The notes under the pieces: model-generated
Told to the model about the DNA's origin: nothing
Databases searched by the model: none
What the model saw: only the letters and a program-made list of their open reading frames with translations
In this document: in pieces, positions 18,681-27,682 of the stretch
How the letters are laid out: each line of letters starts with the position of its first letter
Numbering within the stretch: the first letter of the stretch is position 1
Origin: Terriglobia bacterium
GTDB taxonomy: Bacteria; Acidobacteriota; Terriglobia; Bryobacterales; Bryobacteraceae
Assembly: GCA_963832905.1 (NCBI GenBank)
Contig: CAWHVO010000002.1
Location: 506,547 to 570,546 of the forward strand
Length of the DNA: 64,000 nt
Reading direction: 5' to 3'
Translations under genes and position numbers: made by a program

Positions 18681-18868
18681 ACCGCCGGTAACCACGATTT
18701 TCACCCGCAAAGTCGGCTCGAAGACGTACCGCCCATGCTGCTTCTCACGATAGCTGTCGAAGGTCGGAAGCCCGCGATCCACTCTGCGCAACCCTCCGTG
18801 ATACCGTTTTCGCTGGAATCCCGCAACGGCTAATCCGTGATAGCCGTTACATTCACGCAACCTTAACA

Positions 18869-19570
18869 ATGCATTCTGGCAGCGAACTGATCGAAACATG
18901 GATACCCGTCGGCGGCTTTAAACTCAAACGCCGGAGAGTCCGAACTCCGGACGGCGGCGCGACCTTTACCGAGTGCCTCGTCCCAAAGTGGGAGATCGAT
19001 GACCTGATAGCTGACCAGCCCTGTGCCCGGCAACCCTGTCTCCACCGGATTGTGGCCGAGTGCCCGCCGGAGCGAGACGCCATCCTCGATCTGGCCGGGC
19101 GCTTCGGCCTGCTCACGGTTTCGCTTTCGAGATTGCCCGCGCCGGGCAAGCCGGTTCCGTCCGTCCTCCGGCCGCCCGAACCGGTCGAAGTCTGGAAAAC
19201 GACGGTCCGCGAACTGCGCTCGGCGACGGAGTTGTGGACCGGATCGCCGCCGGGGAACGTGCGTGGCCGGGAGCTGTTTGAAAGAAAGCTGACCGCGAAT
19301 CTCGCCCGCGCGTCGTTTCACCTGACGGTTGTGGACGTCAACGGCGGACCCTTCCGACTCCGTTACCGCCCGCCCGATCTGCGCGCCGCCCTCTGGCAGC
19401 GCCTCGCTGGCGAAGCCGCCGGTCTCATCCCCTGCGCCAATTGCCCCGCGCCCTCCTGTGGGCGCTGGTTCCTCGCGGGCGGAGCCTCACGGAGCGATAA
19501 ACAGTTCTGCTCTGATAGGTGCCGGGTCAGAGCGTTCCGGCAAAAGAGCGGGAAGTCGCGGACCGTTTGA
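18869..19570 (+). CDS. hypothetical protein with C-terminal zinc-ribbon
   Basis: 233 aa. C-terminus CANCPAPSCGRWF...RSDKQFCSDRCRVRAFRQK. Confidence 0.6.
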   Translation: MHSGSELIETWIPVGGFKLKRRRVRTPDGGATFTECLVPKWEIDDLIADQPCARQPCLHRIVAECPPERDAILDLAGRFGLLTVSLSRLPAPGKPVPSVLRPPEPVEVWKTTVRELRSATELWTGSPPGNVRGRELFERKLTANLARASFHLTVVDVNGGPFRLRYRPPDLRAALWQRLAGEAAGLIPCANCPAPSCGRWFLAGGASRSDKQFCSDRCRVRAFRQKSGKSRTV

Positions 19571-19591
19571 GTAGAGAAGGGCGACTCTGCC

Positions 19592-20548
19592 CTATTCTTT
19601 GCACTCCATTTGGACTTTCGTCGCTGTCGCAGACCTGCGGCCTTGAGCCTCCGCTAATAGCTTTTCGCGAAGCGCGCGTATTTGGGGCGAATCAGGCGAC
19701 GTGTTCGGACCGACAACCCGGAGTCCTCCTGTCGCTACGTTCACTGCAAGAACAGTCAATGCTGGATCGGCGCTACACCCGCGCGCAACCACAAACCAGA
19801 CTTCGTCCGCAGTGTGCTGCGGATCCAGGCGAATATCTGCGCACTTTCCACTGGCAGATCCCAATGTATCCGCGTATGCAGCAGCCAGACGCCTGGCATC
19901 TTCTGGAGTTAGCCGAGCATCGGAATGAGATTCCGTAACATCTGTGCTGATCTGTTTGAACCCCGGAGAGCTGTAGGCCACTCCAGTTTTCAAGTCGGTC
20001 ACAGTCCCGATGAAGCGGTCTACGACAAGCTGCTGCGGAGTCCCGCCACAGCCACCCGCCGATGCAATGAAGCGGTTGTCTTCTTCACTGACAATCGTTG
20101 GAACACCACAGGCCTTTCCACCAGATGCGAGAGAACTGGCGACGCGCAACAGACACATCGCTTCACGCCGCGTGATGCGTGCACTCGCTCTGTCTGAGAA
20201 AAGCTTCTTGCGAAGCTCGGCGAGTTCCGGGCTCTCAATCTCCAATCCACTTCGCGTCCCGTTGTCCTTCGTAACGATCCCGGTTTTCGTATCGATGTAG
20301 ATTCCGACAATGTACCCGCTAACGTCGTGACCGCATCCGCTTCGGATGATAAACGTCGCAACGGAGCCATTGAGCGTGCCATCACTGATCTCTGGGCATT
20401 CGCCTGCCTTCACAGCTTCGATAAACGCGGGTGTGTGCTCAGCTATCACCTGAGCATCATGGAAACCCAGCGTGACAGCGCCCATAGCTGGAATCAGCAG
20501 GGAGAACCCCAGCGCGGACATTGTGGCTACGTACTTCACGACCATCAT
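19592..20548 (-). CDS. putative periplasmic immunity protein for the upstream RHS toxin tip
   Basis: ATG 20548-20546 overlaps the RHS stop (ATGA). Signal peptide MMVVKYVATMSALGFSLLIPAMGA. No known domain. Confidence 0.6.
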   Translation of the reverse strand: MMVVKYVATMSALGFSLLIPAMGAVTLGFHDAQVIAEHTPAFIEAVKAGECPEISDGTLNGSVATFIIRSGCGHDVSGYIVGIYIDTKTGIVTKDNGTRSGLEIESPELAELRKKLFSDRASARITRREAMCLLRVASSLASGGKACGVPTIVSEEDNRFIASAGGCGGTPQQLVVDRFIGTVTDLKTGVAYSSPGFKQISTDVTESHSDARLTPEDARRLAAAYADTLGSASGKCADIRLDPQHTADEVWFVVARGCSADPALTVLAVNVATGGLRVVGPNTSPDSPQIRALREKLLAEAQGRRSATATKVQMECKE

Positions 20549-21850
20549 TTCAGCGCTATCTGTGCGCCTTCCCAAGGGAACAGGCAATTGATTACAGGGA
20601 CCAATTCGTTGTAGTCCTGTAAAACCTGCTGACCGTAGCCCCCATTTAAACAATTCCCTTGCTGGCACCAGCCCGCATCTGCGATCGCTTGCGCAGTGGC
20701 CGAGATGCCACCCCCTTCGGCCCCGACTCCTGCGATGAGATATTTGCCGCCATGAGAGGCGAGAGCGGCTACGGCAGAACCGTAGAGATCGTTGCCTGAG
20801 AAACAGGCGAACCCCACGTTCGCACTGGCACTAACTTGCGCGCACGGGACTGCACCCTTCCACGGAGCCGCCTTATTCGGGTTGGTATTCGGAACACAGC
20901 CACCCGGGCTGTTGCAGTTAATAAGGAATTTCTCCCCAAAGAAATTATCATTGGTCTTGGATACGTTGGATGTACCGAATCCGGACTCCACTGCAGCCCA
21001 AGCCAGAATGAACTCTGGACTCAGTAGACCTTGTGCCGCCGTTGAGCTCACGGCATCTGCGGCGAGGAAATTGTTGGCTACGTAGCTCACATCGCGCGCG
21101 CTGAACTGGCCCTCACAGGGTGGAGACTGAGGCGGCGAGTCGGGGACCGAACCTGTCGGCAGATCGGGACCACAGCTCTCCTCCGAAGGCGGGCAGTATC
21201 CGTCACCACCGTCGTCGCCCCCACCGCCGCCGTCACCGATGCAGGTCAGGCAATCCATAAGGCCTCGCGGGTCGCGGCGGTTGACCGGGTCTCCACGGGT
21301 GTACGAATATCTGTTCCAACTTCCAGGATCGGCCGGATTGTTGACTGACTTAGCCGTAGCTCTGTACGGGTCCGCTGTCAAAAACCTCCCATACGTTGAT
21401 GCATAGAATCGCTGGTCCGCATAATCCAGCCCCGTATACGAATCCCGCGTATACGTCGCGAACTGCACGCTGTCCGTTCCCGCCGCCCCGTCGCCGTACG
21501 GGTAATACGTCTGGTAATATCCCCCCGTCGCCCGGTTCGTCCCCAGCCTGTCCTGATAGACCGGAGCCCCGCCCCCGCCCGCGTTCGTCGTCGCCACCAG
21601 CCGCCCCGCAAACCACACGTTCGTCACCTGCGCCTGAAAACACAATGGTGCCCCGCTCGGATAGCAGCCGCTCGCGATCCCATACCGGCCCAGCTTCTCC
21701 CCCTTCGCTCCGAAAAAGATAAACACTTCACCCAGCCGGGGATCCCGCTCATAAATCCGCTTGTTCGACGCGTCGTAACCGTAAAACGTCTCCCCGCCCG
21801 ACGTTCCAGTCACCGTCGTCACCCGGTTCGCCTCATCGTATCGCCTGCCG
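20545..21850 (-). pseudogene. RHS/YD-repeat protein, C-terminal core plus toxin tip only (5'-truncated orphan)
   Basis: YD repeats (RYDEANRVTTVTG, FYGYDASNKRIY). RHS core end: YADQRFYASTYGRFLTADPY...NRYSYTRGDPVNRRDPRGL (DPxGL). The tip contains FILAWAAVESGFGTSNVSKTNDNFFGEK, resembling the GH73/FlgJ-type N-acetylglucosaminidase motif. Confidence 0.75.
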
Positions 21851-21980
21851 CCTGCAAAATGCCGGACTGCACGCCCATATCGTTGGCCTGCCAGTCGGGC
21901 AAGACCCCAACAGCTACTTTGCCGCCGGCGCCACTGCCGCGGATTTCCTTACCTGCCTGAAGGAAGCGAAATCGTTATGA
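21845..21980 (+). pseudogene. Toprim/primase-like protein, C-terminal fragment
   Basis: ...LQNAGLHAHIVGLPVGQDPNSYFAAGATAADFLTCLKEAKSL, with its stop overlapping the next ATG (ATGA at 21977-21980). It abuts the RHS fragment on the opposite strand. Confidence 0.45.
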
Positions 21981-23014
21981 GCGTTTCTCTTATCCATAAA
22001 CCGGCCCTGCCCCTTAGTAGTTCTCCCTATCGTTTAGTCGATGACACGGGGCAGGACATCGCTTGGGCCAATGCCTTCCTCGATGCGCAGCGAATTCGCC
22101 AGCTTTCCCTCCGTTCCGTGCGTGTCTATGCCTATGATCTCCTGCACTTCGCGCGCTGGTTCCAACAACATCCTTCAGCCACGATTCCCGACATCGATGA
22201 ATCGACGTTGATCGATTACGTCCGCCATCAGCTCAGCCAGGAGCCTCAGCCGACTCCCCAAACCATCAACCATCGTCTGGGCGTGCTCCGCTCGCTGTAT
22301 CGCTTTCATTGCGGACAGCCAGTCCCCTCAGCCTCGTGCCACTTCCAACGTCCTCACGTCACACGATCCCCACTTGGCTACGGCCGCACCTATCGCGTGA
22401 TGGCCTCCGGGATTCGGCTCAGGCAACCACAGCGTGTCGTTATGCCGCTATCCAGCGATGAGGTTGCCAACTTCTGGAGTAGCTTTCACACCTTTCGGGA
22501 CCTCGCTCTGGTAGCCCTGATGTTGCTGGACGGTCTGCGCTCCCAGGAAACCCTCGATCTGCAACTCGAGGATCTACAACTGGCCGATGCCCAGATCCGT
22601 GTTCTCGGCAAAGGAAACCGGCAACGTCTCCTGCCGCTGCCTCCGGAGACGATCGAGGTGCTCCGGAATTATCTCCGGCTGGAACGACCTTTGACCAACT
22701 CGCCTGCGCTGTTCGTTTCCCTGAAAGGCCGCCACCGCGGACAGCCCCTGAGCATCGCCGGACTCCGCTCGCTTTTCCGGCATCACCGTTTGCGCAGTCA
22801 CGTACTCCGCGCCAATCCGCACCGCTTTCGACATACCTTTGGAACCGATATGGTCCGCGACGGGATCTCTTTGCCCGCCCTCCAGAAACTGATGGGACAT
22901 GCTCACATCCACACCACCATGCTTTACGTACAGCTGGCTCCCAGGGATGTCTGGCGCGAGTATGCGCGCGCGGTGCAGAACCGAACCCGTCTTTCGTTGC
23001 CGGCCCCTCTATGA
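21977..23014 (+). CDS. tyrosine recombinase (first of a tandem set)
   Basis: 345 aa. ...LDGLRSQETLDLQL..., HRFRHTFGTDMVRDGISLPALQKLMGHAHIHTTMLYV (R...HxxR...Y catalytic pattern). Confidence 0.88.
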   Translation: MSVSLIHKPALPLSSSPYRLVDDTGQDIAWANAFLDAQRIRQLSLRSVRVYAYDLLHFARWFQQHPSATIPDIDESTLIDYVRHQLSQEPQPTPQTINHRLGVLRSLYRFHCGQPVPSASCHFQRPHVTRSPLGYGRTYRVMASGIRLRQPQRVVMPLSSDEVANFWSSFHTFRDLALVALMLLDGLRSQETLDLQLEDLQLADAQIRVLGKGNRQRLLPLPPETIEVLRNYLRLERPLTNSPALFVSLKGRHRGQPLSIAGLRSLFRHHRLRSHVLRANPHRFRHTFGTDMVRDGISLPALQKLMGHAHIHTTMLYVQLAPRDVWREYARAVQNRTRLSLPAPL

Positions 23015-23566
23015 CGCCAGCGCCTGACCCCAAGCTGCACACGTTGGTGACCCGCGCTCGTGAACTTCAAAGTCGCCATCGCTATTATCGAATCGCCGTT
23101 CGACAGCTTCCTTTCCTGGCTCCACACCGACTTCCCAAAGGTGCGCCGGCTCTCGGAGTTGCGCCGCGATCCCCATCTGCTCGGCTGGATCTCGTGCCTT
23201 GCCAATCTACAACCCCCTCTGGCCGATGAAACGCGCCGCGTATACATCACCGTTCTTCGGCGCCTGCTCCGCGATCTTGCCTGGGAAAATCACTCTGCAT
23301 TGCCTGACCTCATTCTTCGCGGGGATTTCCCGCCCCGTCCCAGCCATCGCAAAGATCGTGCTCCCACTGCTCCACGCTCTCCTTTCCAAGACGTGTTTGA
23401 TGCCCATATCGGGATTCTCGCCACCACACTGCGCCCCGGTACCATGGCGGGCTATCGCCAAATCGCCAATCACTTCCTCTCCTGGCTTCGAACCCATTTC
23501 CCGGAGTTGCGTGAGCTCTCCGAATTACGCCGCGACCCCCATCTGTTGGGTTGGCTTCGTTGTCTC
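23011..23566 (+). pseudogene. second tandem tyrosine recombinase, N-terminal part only, with a frameshift
   Basis: ATG 23011 overlaps the previous stop. The protein-like sequence continues in the 23060 frame with two SAM-like N-domain modules (FLSWLHTDFPKVRRLSELRRDPHLLGW and FLSWLRTHFPELRELSELRRDPHLLGW). There is no catalytic domain. It ends at a junction near 23566. Confidence 0.55.
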
Positions 23567-23770
23567 CGGTCAATCTGCCATACCCTGCCGTCCCACCAGA
23601 GCCACTTCTTCCAGTCCGGGCAGTACACGATTTCGTCGCGGTACAGCGCGAGAATGCGCTCGGCATTACCGCTGTCTGTATAGGGATAGCGAAGCAGATC
23701 AGCCACGGGCGAGACCTCCGACCAGGGGCGGCGCCGTAAGAGAATCGGTAAAACTGCGTAGAGGCCGGAG
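23567..23770 (-). pseudogene. P4-type phage/plasmid primase, N-terminal fragment
   Basis: LLRYPYTDSGNAERILALYRDEIVYCPDWKKWLWWDGRVWQID matches the TD-x-GNA...W-x-W-DG motif of the primase N-terminal region. It is truncated where it meets the recombinase fragment. Confidence 0.5.
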
Positions 23771-23920
23771 CCCGGCGCTCGGCCTGAATGAAATTCCCAT
23801 AATGTCCTTTCGCGGCGCAGCATGTGCCGCACAATTGCAGTTTGCGGGGACTCACAGGCGAGGGCGCAAGCGAGGGGCGAGGGAATTCGACAGCGATCAG
23901 GCGGGCAGGACGCCCAGTTC

Positions 23921-25540
23921 GTAACAGTTCAGGCCTGTATAAGTCGCGATACGGAAATCTTTAAGAATCTGCCGTTTGGACCTGGATATTGGGTCCAAAA
24001 CCTGGCAGTGTATATGTTTGAGGGCATCGCATCGCCAGTCGCCGCGAGAACGACCGGTCAACCCGGAGCAATTGGAGCGTGAGAAGCGCTTAATCCGCGA
24101 GATCGAGAGGCTGCGCGAGGAATTGATCGAGCGCGATAAGAGGATCGCCGATGCGGAAAAGCAAATCGCCGATCTGGAACGTAAACTGGCGCTTCGACAG
24201 CAAAACTCCACGACATCATCCAAACCGCCCTCTTCAGATGGAATGGCGGGCGAGCAGCGGTCGCGGGGTAGTCGGCGAAAGAAGAGCCTGCGCAAGCCGG
24301 GCGGCCAGCCTGGACATCATGGACGCTGGCGCGGACTGGCGCCTTTGAGTCGCGTCGATGAATTGAAAAAGGTGTTCCCCACCAGGTGCCGCCATTGCGA
24401 TCACCGTTTGTCGTCGGGGATGCCCACCGAGGGCGACCCGCGTCGCCATCAGGTGACCGAACTGCCGCCGATTAAAGCTCATGTCACCGAGTATCAATGC
24501 CACCGCCTCGTCTGTCCGGAATGCGGCAAGGCAACCCAGGCCGAACTGCCACCGCAAGCACGGCGTCATTTCGGAGCGCAGTTGACCGCCCTCATTGCCT
24601 ATCTGACCGTGGTCTGTCGAATGCCGCGCCGCGTGGTGCATGAACTACTGGAACAGGTTCTGGGCATCCCACTCAGTCTGGGCAGTATTCAGAACAGTTG
24701 GGAAGAGGTCAGCGACGCGGTCGCCGACCCCTGTGCGGAACTGGAGCGGCAACTGCCCAACGAGCCGGTCGTCAACAGCGATGAAACCGGATACCGGACC
24801 AGCGGCGAAAAGCGCTGGCTGTGGGCTCTGGTGGCGACGAGCTTCGTCTTTTACAGGATCGCCGCATCGCGCGGAGCCGAGGTGCTGGTGCAATTACTGG
24901 GCGAAATATACGCCGGCATTCTCTGCAGCGACCGCTGTCCCACTTACCTGAAGTACCACAAAGGCGTCGGCCAGTTCTGTTGGGCTCATTTCAAACGAAA
25001 TATCCTCGGCGTACTGGAAATCGGCAAGACCAGCGACGCGGAACGCTTCTGCCGCGACGCTCTGGCCCTGCATGCCCGGTTGTTCCGGCTGTGGCATCGT
25101 TTCCGCGACGGACCTGGCGTTCGATACGGTCCCCTTACACGCGATCAGTTGATTGCAAAGTCGATTCCGCTGGAGAAGAAGTTCTTCGCCCTGGCGGACC
25201 GCTATCTTGATAGCCGCGACAAAGACGTGGCGAATCTCGCGCGGGCGCTGCTGCAGCACTTTGAAAGGTTTTTCGCCTTTCTACGCCATGAGGGTGTCGA
25301 GCCGACCAATAACGTCGCGGAGCGCGCGCTTCGATGCGCCGTGCAATGGCGCAAGATCAGTTTCGGTAGCCGCAGCCCTCAAGGCGAAATCGCGGTTGCG
25401 CGCCTGCTCACAGTGGCTCGCACCTGCCGCATGCAGAATCGAGTTCCGCTGCATTATCTTGCGACTGCGTTACGCTCATACCGAACAGGGCTGGCCGTCC
25501 CCTCACTGCTCAAACCAGCATCAACCACCTGAACTGTTAC
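23921..25540 (+). mobile_element. IS66-family IS (single-ORF type), copy 1
   Basis: 1620 bp, identical to 52123-53742 in inverted orientation. Perfect 13-bp terminal inverted repeats GTAACAGTTCAGG / CCTGAACTGTTAC. The flanks cccagttc and gaaaaatg do not match, so there is no target duplication. Confidence 0.9.
23976..25532 (+). CDS. IS66-family transposase
   Basis: 518 aa. N-terminal leucine-zipper/coiled coil (EIERLREELIERDKRIADAEKQIADLERKL), zinc-finger CRHCDH...CPECG, DDE region. Confidence 0.92.
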   Translation: MDLDIGSKTWQCICLRASHRQSPRERPVNPEQLEREKRLIREIERLREELIERDKRIADAEKQIADLERKLALRQQNSTTSSKPPSSDGMAGEQRSRGSRRKKSLRKPGGQPGHHGRWRGLAPLSRVDELKKVFPTRCRHCDHRLSSGMPTEGDPRRHQVTELPPIKAHVTEYQCHRLVCPECGKATQAELPPQARRHFGAQLTALIAYLTVVCRMPRRVVHELLEQVLGIPLSLGSIQNSWEEVSDAVADPCAELERQLPNEPVVNSDETGYRTSGEKRWLWALVATSFVFYRIAASRGAEVLVQLLGEIYAGILCSDRCPTYLKYHKGVGQFCWAHFKRNILGVLEIGKTSDAERFCRDALALHARLFRLWHRFRDGPGVRYGPLTRDQLIAKSIPLEKKFFALADRYLDSRDKDVANLARALLQHFERFFAFLRHEGVEPTNNVAERALRCAVQWRKISFGSRSPQGEIAVARLLTVARTCRMQNRVPLHYLATALRSYRTGLAVPSLLKPASTT

Positions 25541-25735
25541 GAAAAATGACACGCCGGCAGAAGGCATCGCGGCCCTGATGGGTGATCAAGCCCGTGCGCA
25601 ACAGCAGCTCAAACGGGTACCCCAGATCGGCCAGATGCCGGCGCAGATTACCACCGGGAGCATAGCCAAGGCCCAGTTCGGCAATCAGGTCCGGATCGTG
25701 CAGGCCTCGTTGTCGTATATGTACTGCGAGTCAGA
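25541..25735 (-). pseudogene. DnaG/Toprim-type primase, internal fragment cut by IS66 copy 1
   Basis: The minus frame reads RQRGLHDPDLIAELGLGYAPGGNLRRHLADLGYPFELLLRTGLITHQGRDAFCRRVIF and stops exactly at the IS end (25540). An upstream in-frame TGA lies near 25735. Confidence 0.5.
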
Positions 25736-26132
25736 CGCCAAATCGTATAAACGAGTTCAAGAGAGGATTGCAGAAATGACGGGTGCCGAGGTCCCGGAGG
25801 AGTTTCTGAGGCTTTACCTTACGATCATCGCGCCCGGCGGAGCGGGGACAGACGAGGAACGCTGCGCTACGTCGGGGATGCTCCAAAGGAAGGCGCCGCG
25901 AGCTGTCTGGACTAGTCTTAAGAAGATAAAGAGGATCTTCAAAGAATACAGAGACGCGGCTGGGATTGATGCCGGCCCATATATAAGGCGTGTGTTGTTC
26001 GAACTTGGCGGTTATGGCCAAGTGTGGGTCGGCGTTGACCACAACTTCCCGAGCGCCGGTTTCTTCACGACGACCAGTTTCACTCTGGAAGACGGCGAGG
26101 CGGCCGAAATGCGGTTTCGCTCGCACGAATGA
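25719..26132 (+). CDS. hypothetical protein
   Basis: ATG 25719 within track ORF 25578..26132. The second half is protein-like (...LKKIKRIFKEYRDAAGIDAGPYIRRVLFELGGYGQVWVGVDHNF...). Confidence 0.35.
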   Translation: MYCESDAKSYKRVQERIAEMTGAEVPEEFLRLYLTIIAPGGAGTDEERCATSGMLQRKAPRAVWTSLKKIKRIFKEYRDAAGIDAGPYIRRVLFELGGYGQVWVGVDHNFPSAGFFTTTSFTLEDGEAAEMRFRSHE

Positions 26133-26217
26133 GCCAGTAGTACCGACAGAGGCTTCGGTCGATTTGCGGACCTCAGTCGCGAGCAACCCGCTGTCCAACT
26201 CGGATACCTTAAGAGTA

Positions 26218-26775
26218 ATGGCCAAGCGATTAGCCGCGAGCTTTGTGACGCTGGTATACGAAACGACCCTCAAATCCTTCTGGCGCAGGACCGCCCTCTC
26301 TCGATTCCTTCGACAGGCCGGGATTGCGCAAAGCTTCATCAACAATTGGCCGGATCAGGAATCCAAGCGACAATTCCTCGATTCGCCTGAAGCGCATCGA
26401 AACCAAACTTCAGGAGCTCGGCTACTACACGTACATCATAAAAGAACAGCCTGACAAGGCGGGCGAGAGTGTCGTCCAGAAGGTTATGCGCTATGCGCTT
26501 TCGTCGAAATTCGTCGTTATCGAAAACACTGAGCGTCCGGGCATCTTTACGAAATCCCGCACGTGACCAAGGCCGCCGAATGCGTGACCGTAGTGCTGCA
26601 GGAGGAAGGCAAGGGTGCTACCTGGATGTTCGAGGACGCCTACGCGAAGCACAAACACTGGCACAAGCTCGTTTATCGAGACGACGAGCTGGAGCATGCT
26701 GTCGAACGGGCCGCCGCATGGGCAGAAGAGTTCGTCAAAGAGTTCAGCCGCTACCAGGCTGCAACGCTACCTTGA
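26218..26775 (+). pseudogene. hypothetical gene with two apparent frameshifts
   Basis: MAKRLAASFVTLVYETTLKSFWRRTALSRFLRQAGIAQSFINNWPDQESKRQFLDS, then a frame change to RLKRIETKLQELGYYTYIIKEQPDKAGESVVQKVMRYALSSKFVVIENTERPG, then a frame change to ...HVTKAAECVTVVLQEEGKGATWMFEDAYAKHKHWHKLVYRDDELEHAVERAAAWAEEF. Confidence 0.3.
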
Positions 26776-27109
26776 ACTCACGGCCGCGCAGGCGGAAGCG
26801 GGCAGATGCTTTGAGACGCTCCCGCAGCAGGTTATACTGGCGCCGCTTGGCCGGGTCGGACAGAACATCATAAGCTGCCCTGATGCGGAGGAAGGTCTCG
26901 ATGTCTCCGGAAGCGGGGTTATCGGGATGAAACCGGCTGGCGAGCGTGGCGTAAACGCGCTCGATTGTGTCTTCGTCGGCTTGGGGACCGAGCCGCAGGA
27001 TCTCGTAGTGATCGGTCGCGACGAGGTCTTCGCCGGGAGGCCTGGTGGACACAACGTCCAGCGTCAGGGCATCTTTTGGGGATCCGGGATCGAGACGGGA
27101 AGGATCCAT
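26744..27109 (-). CDS. J-domain (DnaJ-like) protein
   Basis: DHYEILRLGPQADEDTIERVYATLASRFHPDNPASGDIETFLRIRAAYDVLSDPAKRRQYN contains the HPD tripeptide. Confidence 0.85.
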   Translation of the reverse strand: MDPSRLDPGSPKDALTLDVVSTRPPGEDLVATDHYEILRLGPQADEDTIERVYATLASRFHPDNPASGDIETFLRIRAAYDVLSDPAKRRQYNLLRERLKASARFRLRGREFKVALQPGSG

Positions 27110-27312
27110 TGGATAGATCCAAGTTTGGATACATCAACGTTAACAACCGGGACGGCCTATTACCATGTTGCAAAAAGGCGCCATTGCGGCGGCTAACCAA
27201 TGGTGATGGTTAGCGGGTGAGGGTTTTGTCAGATCGTGCACGATTTTTGTTGTTTCTGCGTACCGTGTAATATACAGTGTATATAGCACGATATGTGGTG
27301 CACGGTACCTAG

Positions 27313-27669
27313 ATGATCAATCCGACCAGCGAGATGTTCGAAAATCTGCGCCTTGAATTGCGCCGTGGCTGCCTCGTTTTGGCCGTTCTCGCCCAGCTTC
27401 GCACCGAGCACTACGGCTACATATTGCGCAAGGCGCTGGCGGATCAGGCAATGACGATTGACGAAAACACCCTCTATCCCCTGTTGCGTCGCCTCGAGAG
27501 TCAGGGCTTGCTGACGAGCCAATGGCGCGAGGAAGACAAACGGCGCAAACGCTTTTACCGTCTTTCGCCGGAGGGCGAAGAGGTCCTGAGCCAACTGCTC
27601 GAGGAATGGCGGAGCTTGAACTCCTCGCTCGGGGGGATCGTCGCGTCGCAGGTGGCTGCAAGGAATTAA
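27313..27669 (+). CDS. PadR-family transcriptional regulator
   Basis: LAVLAQLRTEHYGYILRKAL...ENTLYPLLRRLESQGLLTSQWREEDKRRKRFYRLSPEGEEVL. Confidence 0.9.
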   Translation: MINPTSEMFENLRLELRRGCLVLAVLAQLRTEHYGYILRKALADQAMTIDENTLYPLLRRLESQGLLTSQWREEDKRRKRFYRLSPEGEEVLSQLLEEWRSLNSSLGGIVASQVAARN

Positions 27670-27682
27670 AGAAAGGAACGAT

